DNA of 64,000 bases from Andalucia godoyi And28 (taxonomy: Eukaryota > Protista > Jakobida), in assembly GCA_009859145.1 (NCBI GenBank), contig VRVR01000004.1, positions 108,677-172,676 of the forward strand. The letters run 5' to 3'. Under the pieces are notes generated by a model that saw nothing but the letters and a program-made list of their open reading frames with translations, did not search any database and was not told the origin of the DNA. The stretch's first letter is position 1. Each line of letters begins with the position of its first letter. The translations under genes and the position numbers were made by a program. Positions 22,083-33,370 of the stretch are shown here, in pieces.

Positions 22083-23768
22083 ATGTCTTCCGGCGGCTCA
22101 ACCAGCAAGGAAGTTAAGGATCTTGGGCCTTATCTCGTGTCTCGAAACAGGCTTGGCTTCGGTTCTTATGCTACAGTCTTTGAGGGTTTTGAAAAGCTCA
22201 CGAATCGAAAAGTTGCCGTCAAGTCGATTAACCGAGATCGGTTGAATCGCAAGTTGATCGAGAATCTCGAGCTTGAAATATCAATTCTGCAGATCCTTGA
22301 CCATCCAAACGTAGTGAAGCTGTACCATGTACATCGATCGGTTCGTCACATTTATCTGGTTTTGGAGTTTTGCGAAGGTGGCGATTTGGCCAAACTCGTC
22401 AAGAAAACAGGACCGCTTTCGGAGCCAATTGTGAATCGGTTTACCAGAGACATTGCACAGGCATTGGTGCTTCTGAGGTCAAGAGATCTTGTTCACCGCG
22501 ACTTGAAGCCACATAATCTGCTGTTGACCTCCAGCGACCTTGCGGCTGCGCGGATTAAGTTGACGGACTTTGGGTTTGCACGATACATGGTTCCCTCATC
22601 ACTTGCGGAGACTGTTTGTGGATCGCCTTTGTATATGGCACCCGAGATTTTGAGCATGAAAAAGTACGATGCGAGAGCGGACTTGTGGTCTGTTGGAACA
22701 ATTCTGTATGAGCTGGCCTACGGAAAGCCACCATTTTCAGGAATGAACCACTTGGACTTGCTCAAAAACATCGAAAGTACGTCTGTGTCGTTTCCCTCCA
22801 GTGTCTCGATTTCCGATTCGCTGAAAAATCTGTTGACCGCGCTATTGCAGCGCGATCCCGAGCGTCGGCTGTCGTTTGATCAGTTTTTTCACCACCCGTT
22901 TGTGCAATTGGACTTGGAATCGGCAACGAATCTAGCAAAGTCATGTTTTTATGGAGGAATGATTCCACAAGACGTCAAAGCAGTTCCTCTCAGTCCAGCA
23001 CCTTCGGTCGCCTCTCCAATTTCAAATGGCCTTGGGGCGCCACAACCACCGTTTTCAGTTGCTGCTCAACAACAACAGCAACAGCAGCAGGTTCCCACGG
23101 GTGGGAAAGGCGAAATGAGACATCCTTTGAATGATCGAGGAGCTGAAAGGAATGAAAGAATGGATTCCCAAGGCACCTTCGATTCTCCGGTGAGTAATAT
23201 TGCGAAGAACTCGGCTGCCGCTCCTACGTCGCGAAACCCAGTTTCGTCTCGGATCATCAGGTACGAAGATTGCGAGCTGATGTTTCGTGCTGTTGGAGTG
23301 CTCTGCGATTGGCTCCGGTCACGTAGAAAGGATGCATCGATTGATCCCGCCAATGTGGTGGTAGTAGCCATGAATATCGCTGTACAAGTCGGGTCTGAGC
23401 TGAAAAAGCTGTCTGTTACGGAAAAGGAATCCTCGGCTGGCGGATTGCAGCTTATGTCAAAAAATCTGAGATCGTATGTGTCGGATCTGAATGGACGATT
23501 TGCGGATTTTGTCATGGCGAGTGAAGATCCGGATGCTTCGGTGGTCGTCGAAGCGACGCTGTATCTCTGTGCTCTCGACTTTGGATCGCGCGCAACCGTG
23601 GAAGAGAAGATGGACAACGGCAAGGAGGCTCGTAACCGATACGTGGCAGCCAAGATTCTGCTTGAATATCTGGAAAAGTACAGAGAAGGCGTGTCGGACA
23701 CTGATCGCCAAGACTTGCGTTCGTTGCAACGGTTTATTGATTTCCGCATCGAGTCCTGCAAACAGTAA
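22083..23768 (+). CDS. ATG1: Autophagy kinase ATG1/ULK
   Basis: LG.GSYATVF, VAVKSI.RDRLNRKL.ENLELEI.IL, HRDLKPHNLLL, KLTDFGFARY....LAETVCGSPLYMAPEIL..KKYDARADLWSVG; helical C-terminal MIT-like region. Confidence 0.92.
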   Translation: MSSGGSTSKEVKDLGPYLVSRNRLGFGSYATVFEGFEKLTNRKVAVKSINRDRLNRKLIENLELEISILQILDHPNVVKLYHVHRSVRHIYLVLEFCEGGDLAKLVKKTGPLSEPIVNRFTRDIAQALVLLRSRDLVHRDLKPHNLLLTSSDLAAARIKLTDFGFARYMVPSSLAETVCGSPLYMAPEILSMKKYDARADLWSVGTILYELAYGKPPFSGMNHLDLLKNIESTSVSFPSSVSISDSLKNLLTALLQRDPERRLSFDQFFHHPFVQLDLESATNLAKSCFYGGMIPQDVKAVPLSPAPSVASPISNGLGAPQPPFSVAAQQQQQQQQVPTGGKGEMRHPLNDRGAERNERMDSQGTFDSPVSNIAKNSAAAPTSRNPVSSRIIRYEDCELMFRAVGVLCDWLRSRRKDASIDPANVVVVAMNIAVQVGSELKKLSVTEKESSAGGLQLMSKNLRSYVSDLNGRFADFVMASEDPDASVVVEATLYLCALDFGSRATVEEKMDNGKEARNRYVAAKILLEYLEKYREGVSDTDRQDLRSLQRFIDFRIESCKQ

Positions 23769-23929
23769 CTGGCTCACCTGTTCTCGTCCGTGTACCGGGG
23801 AGAGAGGGGGAGTTATTATATGACACCTGTACAGAACACGGAGTACCCACTTGTGGGATACGTAAAGTAAGAAACAGACTTGTGTGCGAAGCTGCTTTAT
23901 ATTTATTGCTCTATTTTTAATCATGCACA

Positions 23930-24040
23930 CGCCTGCAACACACTGCGTCAAAACGAATTAGCTTCACTTGGAGCTGTTGCAAAATGCTGCACGACAATCG
24001 ATCCTGCGAACATCAATCGTCTTGGGGGAAGGCCCGGCGT
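23930..24040 (-). repeat. Fanzor2-type right-end/omegaRNA-like cassette, family 2, copy 1
   Basis: Minus strand AGACGATTGATGTTCGCAGGATCGATTGTCGTGC...GACGCAGTGTGTTGCAGGCG aligns with 24754-24847 and 46660-46766 and ends in the shared YAGGCG terminus. Confidence 0.7.
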
Positions 24041-24147
24041 TTTTTAATCAATTTTAACTGGATAAGGGGAAAAACCTGCTTCGCTAGGGTTCCAGCGTCC
24101 TTGTCACGACGATGAAACGAAATAAGAAAAAACACGATAACAACAGT

Positions 24148-24597
24148 TCACAATTCTTGCACACGGTTTATGGCTTGCCACTTTGGCTGGTTTTGGAACA
24201 AGCGCATCGCTTGAATGAATTTCGTATCTGTTAGGGTAAAACGATGGTATATTTCTCTTGGCAAAACCAGCAAGTCGTTCTTTTCGACAAGAATGCGAAC
24301 CCACTCGTCGTTTGCATTGCGGACATCAAAGATTCCATGTCCGTCCAGCACGAATCGGACTTCTTCATCCGTATGCTTGTGCTCCGTAAAGAAGACTTTA
24401 AGCTTGTCTTCGAGACACTCAGTATCTGGCGTCAAGCGAATCACATCGAATTCTGCATACTTGCGCCGAGCTCGGAACTCGTCTATCTCCCTTTGATAGT
24501 CGTTTGCATCGATGGTGTAGTATTCCACTCCAATTGCTGCCAACTCCTCAACAGAAACTGCCTTTTGGTCGTTCGACTCCAACAAGAATGCCTTCAT
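24148..24597 (-). CDS. ADI1: Acireductone dioxygenase (methionine salvage)
   Basis: KLKVFFTEHKHTDEEVRFVLDGHGIFDVR...WVRILVEKNDLLVLPREIYHRFT. Start at ATG 24597 (MKAFLLE). Confidence 0.95.
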   Translation of the reverse strand: MKAFLLESNDQKAVSVEELAAIGVEYYTIDANDYQREIDEFRARRKYAEFDVIRLTPDTECLEDKLKVFFTEHKHTDEEVRFVLDGHGIFDVRNANDEWVRILVEKNDLLVLPREIYHRFTLTDTKFIQAMRLFQNQPKWQAINRVQEL

Positions 24598-24753
24598 TTT
24601 TGCTTTATTTCGATTGTTGCTTGTCCCTTCCTTCGTAATTCCATCACAACTGAAGAACGAAATTATGAAATATACTAATGATAACAAATTGACAAAATGA
24701 CAGGACGTTTCGGAAACGAGATTTGGAGTTCTGCCGGACATTTGATTGCTGCC

Positions 24754-24847
24754 CACCAGCAACATACTGCATTGATGCGAATTGGTTCTAATTGGATCTA
24801 TTGCAATGCAGCATGACAGTCGATCCTCCGAACAACAATCGTCTTTG
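24754..24847 (-). repeat. Fanzor2-type right-end/omegaRNA-like cassette, family 2, copy 2
   Basis: Minus strand AGACGATTGTTGTTCGGAGGATCGACTGTCATGC...ATGCAGTATGTTGCTGGTG; direct repeat of 23930-24040. Confidence 0.7.
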
Positions 24848-25043
24848 ATTGGGAGGGAAAGAAAACGGTTCGTCAGGGGGATTTCAATTAAAACGAAATA
24901 AAATGCAATAAGAACAGTTCAAAAAGCTGTCAACGGTTGAAGAATGCCCGACCAATCCGGAAAGATGTGTGTGATAAAGATGGGGGAATGCACAAGATAG
25001 ACATCGATGGAGAACTGACTTTTGTAGGCGATCTTGTAGCGGA

Positions 25044-26375
25044 ATGGGGGGCTCGACAGCGTCTTCGGAAGAGGAAGTGCTGAGCGCTGCAAGTGCAGAC
25101 GAGAAGCTTTTTGCCTTTTTTCAAGATTGCTTTGTTGGAAACATCGAGAACGTCCGGTCGTTTCTGAGCTGGGACAAGAAGTTGCGATTGCTGAATCGAA
25201 CAGATGCGTCTGGATCTGGGAAGGGTGCTTTGCATTTCGCACTAGACTCTTCTTCTACGAATGCCGGTCGCATTTGTGGACTGCTGCTGGAGTCTGGAAT
25301 CGACCCGAACTTGACGGACAACGAAGGGATGTCGCCCTTGCTGGTTTCGGTGAAGAGAAAACAGTTGGAAATCGCCGCGATGCTCATGAACAAGGGTGCT
25401 GATTTACTGCATAGATCGAGATCGGGAGTCTCCATCTTTCATCTCGCGGCCGGAATTGGCTCCAAGCCGCTTATTGCTGAAGTTCTGCGAAGACTTGCCG
25501 GTAGTTCAAAGCTGGCAATCAACTTCTTCCCGGATGATCTCAAGATCGGCGATCACGAAAGCTTCGGGACAATTCTGCACTTCGTAGCGGGCTCGCCACT
25601 AACGAATGGAATTGACAATATATGCGAATGCGCCCGGTATGTCATTGACATTCTCGGCGTCGACGTGAACCAAACCGATTATGTCGGCGCTACTGCCTTG
25701 CACTACGCCGCTGGCCAAAGCTACACGCCGCTGGTCGAGGCTCTACTGAATCGCAAAGCAAAACCGAACATACGGATGCGCGGAGGGGTGACTGCACTGC
25801 ATCTAGCAACCGAACATGGGAATGCGGCAATCGCAGAGCTGCTGCTGAACAAACACGCAGTTCAATATATGAATCAGGACAATTTGTATCCTTTTGATCT
25901 TGCAATCCAGCTGCAGCGTGTCGATATTGCTAGGATGCTGCAGTATGTTCCAAAAGGCCAAGAAACTGCTGACGACCGCAAATTCCGACTTGCGCCAGCT
26001 GTTAAGAGATACAAGGAAGCTGGAAACACTGCATTTCAGAGGCAGGAATTCGAAGAAGCGCTATCTTTGTTCACTAAAGGACTGAAGATGGATCCAGACG
26101 ATCACATCCTACTGTCCAACAGATCCGCGACTTTCTACACCTTGAACAAATACGAACATGCAATCGAGGATGCATACCAGGCCACAGTGATCCAGCCTGG
26201 CTTCGCGCGAGGATACTATCGATTGGCGATTGCATGGCTTGCACTGCATGATCTCGATGCGGCTGAAAATGCTGCAAAACGAGGTCTCGAACTGGACCCA
26301 CACGCTGTGGAATTGCGAGACGTTTGCGAAACCGTAAGGCTTGAGCGAGATGTCCACATCAAACCACGAAATTAA
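25044..26375 (+). CDS. Ankyrin-repeat plus C-terminal TPR protein
   Basis: Several ANK repeats (GKGALHFA, GMSPLL, GATALHYAA, GVTALHLA), then TPRs (KEAGNTAFQ...EEALSLFT, LLSNRSATF, ARGYYRLA). Confidence 0.9.
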   Translation: MGGSTASSEEEVLSAASADEKLFAFFQDCFVGNIENVRSFLSWDKKLRLLNRTDASGSGKGALHFALDSSSTNAGRICGLLLESGIDPNLTDNEGMSPLLVSVKRKQLEIAAMLMNKGADLLHRSRSGVSIFHLAAGIGSKPLIAEVLRRLAGSSKLAINFFPDDLKIGDHESFGTILHFVAGSPLTNGIDNICECARYVIDILGVDVNQTDYVGATALHYAAGQSYTPLVEALLNRKAKPNIRMRGGVTALHLATEHGNAAIAELLLNKHAVQYMNQDNLYPFDLAIQLQRVDIARMLQYVPKGQETADDRKFRLAPAVKRYKEAGNTAFQRQEFEEALSLFTKGLKMDPDDHILLSNRSATFYTLNKYEHAIEDAYQATVIQPGFARGYYRLAIAWLALHDLDAAENAAKRGLELDPHAVELRDVCETVRLERDVHIKPRN

Positions 26376-26438
26376 CGACCTTCCTTTTTTTTTTAAAAAA
26401 AATTGGGGGGAGGGGGGGTGGGCAGAAAGACGCGGAAA

Positions 26439-28498
26439 TCACTTTTTCGAGCTTGCCCAGCCTCCTAGTGGCTTGTTGTACTCCTCCTTGTGCGTCATCT
26501 GCAGCATTGTTGAAACGGACTTTCGGATAGATTTGATGTCTGCGGAGGGACGCATAACCTGCACGGATTGACGGGCGATGACTACACTGGCCTCCTTCTT
26601 CTTGATCTTCACCAGAGATTCCTGTATCTCGGGAGGATTTGGATTGAATTCTTGCGTAGTATGCTTTGTTGGTGTTTGGGGCTGGTCAAATACATACTCC
26701 ATTCCAAACTCCTTCGCAATCATCCTTGCCGTAGGTTCGGGTACTCCCAGTGGACAGTATCGGTCAATTGCATCTTGTGCAGGTTGGCAGTCCGGATCGA
26801 GAAATAGCACTCGCGTGAAGTCTTCGATTGCCTTTTCGAGATCCTGCAGAGTCGAAAAACACCGGGCTCTACTGAGATAGTAGCCGGGAACCCGCGGCTG
26901 GCACATGATGGCCTTCGTAAATTCTGTGACTGCAGAGCGGCAGTCGCCCGAGTTGAAAGCTACGCATCCCCATTCAAAATGAAGAGCACTCAGTCGTTGA
27001 AGAGCAATCGGGTGTTTTGGATCCAACTCCAGTGCTCGAACAAGATCCTGGAACGCAGGCTTTGAATCTCCTGATTTTGCAAAACACTCAGCGCGCGAGA
27101 TGAAATACTCGGGAATGCAGTCCCATTTTAAACCCTCCGTGAAGTACGGAATGGCTTCCGCATGATTGCCCTCTGTCATGAGTTGCAATCCAATGTCATT
27201 CAGCGCCCTGCCAAGCTGCATCTCAGCCTTTTCAAAAACGCCCCCGTTCAACTTCACCGCTTGCAAAAGATCTTGCACTGCGGCCTGAAATTCCCCAATG
27301 TACCGAAAACATATACCCCGCTTGTGAAACAGTTCGGGATCATCGTCTATGATGTCGATTGTCCTAGTGAGCAGCATAATTGCTTCATCGTAGTTCTTAT
27401 CAACCAGGAACGAGTTTGCTGCATCCTTGACATCGTTTCTGTAGTGATCCAATCGAAAGCCAAGATCTGCAACCGCAGCGCTTTCCGGCTCAATCTCAAG
27501 TAAGATTCGGTACAAGTTTAGAGACTTCTTTGGCTCATGCTTCAACAGCAGCAAATGGGCCGATGCCAGCATCGAAGGCACATGTACGTCATCAATCGCA
27601 AGAGCTTGGTCGAACGACAACTGAGCATTTTCCGGATCTCTTTTTTCCAAGTAGTACACCGCTCTGAGAGAAGAAAGCAAAGGTGAATGCATAAATGCAT
27701 AAATGGCAAATGGCAAAGTCCAAACGATAGTTAGTTATTCAACTGCACTGAACCCCCCAAAAAATCTATGACCGAACGTATGATTAAAATGAAAACAAAG
27801 CAACCCCCCCCAAGTAAACCACAGCAATTACATAAGAGCATACCTGTAGAAATGCACGACTGCGGATTTTCCGGGAAACGCAAACGCTTCTGCGAACGTC
27901 TTTTCGGCATCCAACAAGCATCCAGACCTTTGCAGCTGCAATGCGCGTTGACACGTGACTTCCTGCAATCTCGGCCGGAACGGTGATTCGTTCATCGAAT
28001 CACACTGCATGAAATGCGCATGACGGATATGAACCAACGCAGAGGAAACATCACCCAACGCAAGGTATGCGTCACACAACAATGCAAACACCCGGGCATC
28101 TTTGCGTGGCGAGGCAGACGAAAACAAGAATCATCAAACGATAACAACAAATCACCGAAATTAACACACGTTCGACTACTATACGCACGAACAGGCAGCA
28201 GCGGGAGAAGAAAAAGAAGAGTTGAAAAGCAACGAAAAGACTGCATACCATTCGGCTGCATAAACTTTGCCTTATTCAAATGTCGCATTGCAGAGGATGG
28301 GTCTCTTGCACCCAGTGCACTTCGAGCTTGTGCAATTCTACATTCACACACAACCGCAGGGTGGGGAGGGATACATGCATAAGAAAATCAAAAGGTCCCA
28401 TTGAGCAGAGATAGAAGAAAGATAGCTTTTAACATGAAACGGGGGAGAACAGCTAAAACATACAGTTCGTCAATGCTGACGATTTGAGAAAACGACAT
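26439..28498 (-). CDS. TTC16: TPR protein TTC16-like; 4 exons (28498-28464, 28337-28249, 28099-27844, 27663-26439)
   Basis: Three GTATG..AG introns give a continuous TPR protein (ALLCDAYLALGDVSSA, DPELFHKRG, LGRALNDIG, YYLSRAR....LQD...A..D...VLFLDP) collinear with TTC16. Confidence 0.7.
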
Positions 28499-28904
28499 TC
28501 CGCGCAAGCTACTTACAAAATCATCAAACTACAATTCTATATCAAAAAGGGCAGCACAGCACTAAACTGATGGTTCTCTGTTCTCTGTTGGATCTCACCC
28601 GCGCCTGTTTACCAACTATGAGAATGACGAGGAAACAAGAAAGAGGCAAAGGCAAAGCAGTCTGCAATCCGAACGTTTGAAAAAAACGAGAAAATCGAAG
28701 CGTGTGAGACCAGACAAACTGGTTTTCTTTTACCGCCGCTGCCACTTACTGCGACGTGATGAAGCAGTCTAAAGGCGCACATCAACAGAACCACTGCCAT
28801 GCGCCATGCGCAGGCGTTTGTTATCTTAAGCAACTCCGTCACACGATGCCCGATTCGTTTCGCCCCGATTTTGATCATGAAATCCCTATATAAACACGCC
28901 GCCG

Positions 28905-29409
28905 CGTTGCATTATGCATGTTGTCGCTCATTTCTTATTTTATTGTTATTGTCCATGCAACGCACCATGTACGTCACACCCGCAACGCTGCGCAAGACCT
29001 GTGACATCTCCACCGACGCTGGGCCGCCGCCAGGAAAGATCGTCAAGGCGACAACTGCGCGGCAGCGGCTGCTCTGCAAAAACTGCGCGAAATCGCGGGG
29101 ACGGCAGGTGTCGATTGTGACTTGTGACGGAGGAGTACACGTCTAAAGCGTGCGGCCGTTGCGGGGGGAAATGCATCGCAAGGTGTATGGAGGCAAGGTG
29201 TGTTTTGTTGCCCATCGTGCAAATGCACGATCGACCGCGATTGGAACGGCGCGCCCGACATCTACATCTATCTTAGGAGCGTCTCGCATGCCGAGGGGCG
29301 TGTTGGGGGCCTACCCCCTTCCCAATCAATGCCATGCATGTTGTTGGGTTGCAACATCGATTATGGGTGATCAGCGACGATTATCCGTGGTTAGTGTTCA
29401 ACGTAGGCG
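28905..29409 (+). mobile_element. Internally deleted Fanzor2 element of a further subfamily (copy B)
   Basis: KIVKATTA/RQRLL.K....GRQVSIV then TEEYTSKACGRC...CPSCKCTIDRDWNGA; GGGGGCCTACCCCC hairpin shared with family 1; ends GTTCAACGTAGGCG. Left boundary (CG|TTG at 28905) is tentative. Confidence 0.8.
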
Positions 29410-29559
29410 TGAAGCTGACTGTTTCACATGTGTTCTACTACCCTCCAATGCAAAACGTCTCGCGGACGGTCGTGATTTCATCGGATAGTATGGCTGAGTT
29501 GACAGCCGTCGACATTGCTGCTGAATGACAGTCGACCAATTTTTCTTTTCTTTTCTGCA

Positions 29560-30056
29560 GATGATGGCTGCTGCTACCAATTGTTGCTGTCTTCTCGGAG
29601 TAGGTGTGCAGATCGGGACCCAATAAGACACTGTCGGATATTGAGAGCCGCATTCCTGCCTCGGGACTTCCAGCGCCGAGACGTGCAGTGGGCGGATTCA
29701 CAATATCTCAAACCGCCCTTTCCGCGTACGATGGTGAGCTCTTGGCCGCAGTCATAGCCGGCACTTTGTTGTTCGGAATTCGTCCACGGGAACCGTCGAA
29801 AAGTGTCGCGCGCATGCTTTGCATGCCTTAGATGTCGGGACAGTCACTGTTCCTCGTCCAGTTAAGCTGACGTACGCGATGACTGGCTCCGGCTCTCCGG
29901 GCTGTCGCAGAGACTGCACCCATCGGTCCAAACAGCGGGTCTTGTGGATGTAGGTGTCCATCCTTCCCATCGCGTTGTACTTCGCATCATCCTTGTAGAA
30001 CGCAACGTACCGTTCAAATGTCGCAACCTCAGCAGTTTTCGGGTGTGTTGACGGTA
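29560..30056 (-). pseudogene. Fanzor1 C-terminal fragment (RuvC-II, Zn finger, RuvC-III)
   Basis: PKTAEVATFERYV...YIHKTRCLDRWVQSL...PVIAY..TGRG...VPT......HF..VPVDEFRTTK, frameshift, then YDCGQEL...GLRYCESAHC...WKSRGRNAALNIRQCLIGSRSAHLLR. VIAY / VDEFRT(S/T)K / RDxNAALNI is the Fanzor1 pattern. Confidence 0.82.
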
Positions 30057-30396
30057 TACAAATAAATGACAAAATATATGATAAACCAATGTTTATTATA
30101 CGCACATGGGAAAACAAAGCAAAACAAAACAAACAAACAAATAAGGCGCAAGAGCTGTTACGACCCAAGTCGATTTTCATGCGAACTCGTGCTTTGAATA
30201 TGTTGGAAGCTTTGTGCCTGCTCTCCCTCCTTTTCATCGGTGTAGGTTCTCAATAACAAGTAGTCTGCTCCTCGCGCTGTCGCAGAAGTTCCAGCATGTC
30301 GGAATGTCGAAGGAAGGGCGAGATGCAGCGTGTGCGCAGTCGTTGAGCAAGGAGGATATGTGCAGCACTCATCATTCTGATGATGGCAACCTTCGG

Positions 30397-31080
30397 TCAC
30401 CCATTCGCGCACGAGTCGCCTTCGTGGCACAGCGCGGTGCACCGACGGTTGTTCTTGATGCATGCACAGTGTGAGCTGGAGCATTTCTTTTTCGCTCTCC
30501 TACAGTTACAGAAGCGCGGTCCATCGTTTGACAATATTGGCTCGACACCCGTTGAATGCTTCATCCCAGCTTCGGAGACAGATATCGTTTCCACTGTCTC
30601 TTGGCTTTGGTATTTTTGGAACATGGCTCGGAGTTGCGCATCTTGGTTTGTTCCTTTGGGAGCAAGTGCCACGAAAGCAGAAGACTTCATCGCAGGCTCA
30701 ACTAGCTTTCCTTCAAAGAGGACCTTGTACGAATCCATTGGCTTCCCTGTCCTTCGGTTGCGCATCCGCTCTGCGACAACTCCAGGCTGTCTCACGGGAG
30801 CCAGTTTGCTTGCCCCTGGAACATCGAAATACACTGGCGTTCCCTCTTCGAATGTGATGACAGAGACGACGGTGGGCGCAGGCGGTGCACACTGCGATTG
30901 CTCCGGGGATCCCAAGTCCCCGAGGAGATGTGTCGATGGTCAGGTCGATGGGCGATTCCGAAAGCACCGGCGATTGACGGCTCAAGTCGATTGTCGTATC
31001 GGCAGCAGGATGTTGTGGCGATTTGTTGAAGGTTGCAGCAAACACGTCGTAGATATCCAAATTCTGTCTACGCAATCTCT
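30397..31080 (-). pseudogene. Ginger/KRBA2-type integrase C-terminal relic (SH3-like region and CXC Cys cluster)
   Basis: FEEGTPVYFDVP...PGVVAE...SYKVLFEG and terminal CNC....KKCSSSHCACIKNNRRCTALCHEGDSCAN; frameshift near 30915; no DDE core visible. Confidence 0.55.
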
Positions 31081-32116
31081 GAAAACACATCAGGACAGGA
31101 GCAGAAGTAAAAGAAAACGGCAAGTGCAAAACACCACAGCAGCAAACGGGTCCGCAGGACGATTGCCTGGATGTGGAGATGACGGCTTCATTGCACGAGT
31201 GCTTCTCGCTGCACAGTTTCTCGATATGGGTAGAGCAGGAGCGGAATTAGTGCTGCTGGACATCAGCGAGCTCGTTTGGTGCGATCGGTGAGCTGCACTT
31301 TTCAATGTAAAATGTGCTGTCATCGTCAGTTTTTTCGTCTCATTGTTGCACTTTGGACCGGTGAGCGCGCGACAGGCGTCGTGATGGGGCTGTCTGTCGT
31401 CCGCTGGCAGTGGCGCAAGCACGGTTCTTCAAGAACAAGGCGTGAAACGGCGATATCACAGAAGAACACAGGAGTGCAGAACTCCGTTGAGCAGCTCCTC
31501 GTAGATGCAGATGTCAGTGTTAGTGTGCAACATGTGTGTAGCATAAACTGACCGTTGTGAACGTTAATCCGCGCTTGTTTCTGTGCTCTGAGCACAACGG
31601 CTGCGCAAAAACGGAAGACTTGGATGCACAGTTGCTAATACAGAATCGGCTGGATGCCTGCCAAGCGTGTATCCAATGCACAATCTTGCTTCTGAGAGCA
31701 GTCCGTCGATGCAGGCACATGCCGATGCACTGAATACATGAACAGAACAGAGAAAAACTGACATGAATGATGCTTTTATGACCTAATTAATCAAAAAACA
31801 CAACTCTGCAGGGAGGCAGCCAAAAGCGACGATTTTTGAGATTCAAAGAGATCTTGTTGTGGACGATGCATATATTCGAAATCGCATCTTGGTATTGAGT
31901 AGGAACAGAGATATAACAGAAATGCGCAGCCATGCGAAATCGACTTCGGTCGGCTCAAATAAGGAACTTCTTGACTTGACTACGGTAAGAAAAAAATCGT
32001 ATTGTTTGATGCTCAACGTTGATTTACAAAGCTGCCATCCGTGAATGAGAAGATTTTTGGTTGCCGCTGCCGCTGCCGTTTTTCCTCGTTTCTTTTGCTG
32101 GCGAAACAAAACAAAA

Positions 32117-32266
32117 ATGAACCCGTTGGACGATATTCTAGCACTGAAGAAATCAGAGCTGAAAACATCAAATGAGAAGCAAAAGTTTCGGAGAAAAGGG
32201 GATGAATTGGCTGCTTTGAAGGCACAACTCTTGTCAAGTGTACCGGTATGTACTGTGCTGCTGCTG

Positions 32267-32301
<35 letters not shown>

Positions 32302-33066
32302 TACCATCTAATCATCTTCTTCTGTTCTTTATTGTTGTATTTTTATTTGTGTTATGATTAGGCCAAACGAAGCATTTCTGAAATTTCTGCAGCCAAGATT
32401 CCGGACGAGGCAGATGAATGTGCGTCTGTGCCGTCTGATAGGAGTAGAAGAGGAACGGATGACGACGCTGGTACGACAGACTCTACAGCAGACAATCAAA
32501 TGTCCAAGCTCGATGAATGCAGGAAATTGCTGGGCTTGTATAGCACCCCCGAGTCGCTGTTTGCGATTGAAGGTCGAGACGACCTGCTGTCAAAGCCTGT
32601 GCAGTCGTTTCACGTGTTGACTCGACTGCTGAAGCTGTGGAACGCGAGATTGGTGTTGAATGCCGAACTTCCGCGAGAAGAGCAGAACGAAGAGTTGTCC
32701 GCGGGTCTGTTTTCTGAGCATGCATACAGATTGGAAAGGGAATTCATCCAACCCCTATTGGATTTGCTGAGTGCGGATGCACTGTCTGCGGATTTGGCGC
32801 GACAATTGTGGTCTATTCTGTCCTACGTGCGTGTGCGCGACTACCAAAAGGCCGATAACTGCTACTTGCAAATGGCGATTGGAAATGCTACATGGCCTCT
32901 TGGAATTTCATCGGTAGACATCCACGAACGGAGAGCGCGAGAGCGAATTCGGGACACAAAGGTCAAGTCCATGCTGAAGGACGACACTTCACGCAAGTAT
33001 CTGCAATCTCTCAAAAAACTCTTGTCGTTTTCTCGGTTTCAATATGGACTATCTGCGCCGCCATAA
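32117..33066 (+). CDS. PRP18: Pre-mRNA splicing factor Prp18; 2 exons (32117-32245, 32362-33066)
   Basis: YLQMAIGNATWPLGISSVDIHERRARERI...DDTSRKYLQSLKKLLSF; GTATGT...TAG intron in phase 0. Confidence 0.92.
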
Positions 33067-33370
33067 TCTAGGAGAGTATTGCAGCCCGAGCGATTTCTTG
33101 CTGTTGCCATTAGCAACAATTGAACTGTTCTTATCGTGTTTTATATTTCGTTTTCACCATCTTGACAAAGACGCTTGAAACCCCAGCATTGCCATAGTAC
33201 TCAATTAGAACCAATTTGTATGGGTGCAACGTACCGCTGGCGTGTATTTATTGATTCGGATGCGTGCTTGCATTGCATCTCAAGCAATAATTTCTTGGTT
33301 TTTTAAAAAAAAGAATCCTATTATTATAATCAAGGCACTTCCTTTTCATTCTCATCCAGTGCATGCTCGC

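Noticed and set aside
24598-24765. N-terminal extension of the ARD ORF from an alternative start codon
   Set aside because: Runs through AT-rich leader and into the repeat; homology starts at ATG 24597.
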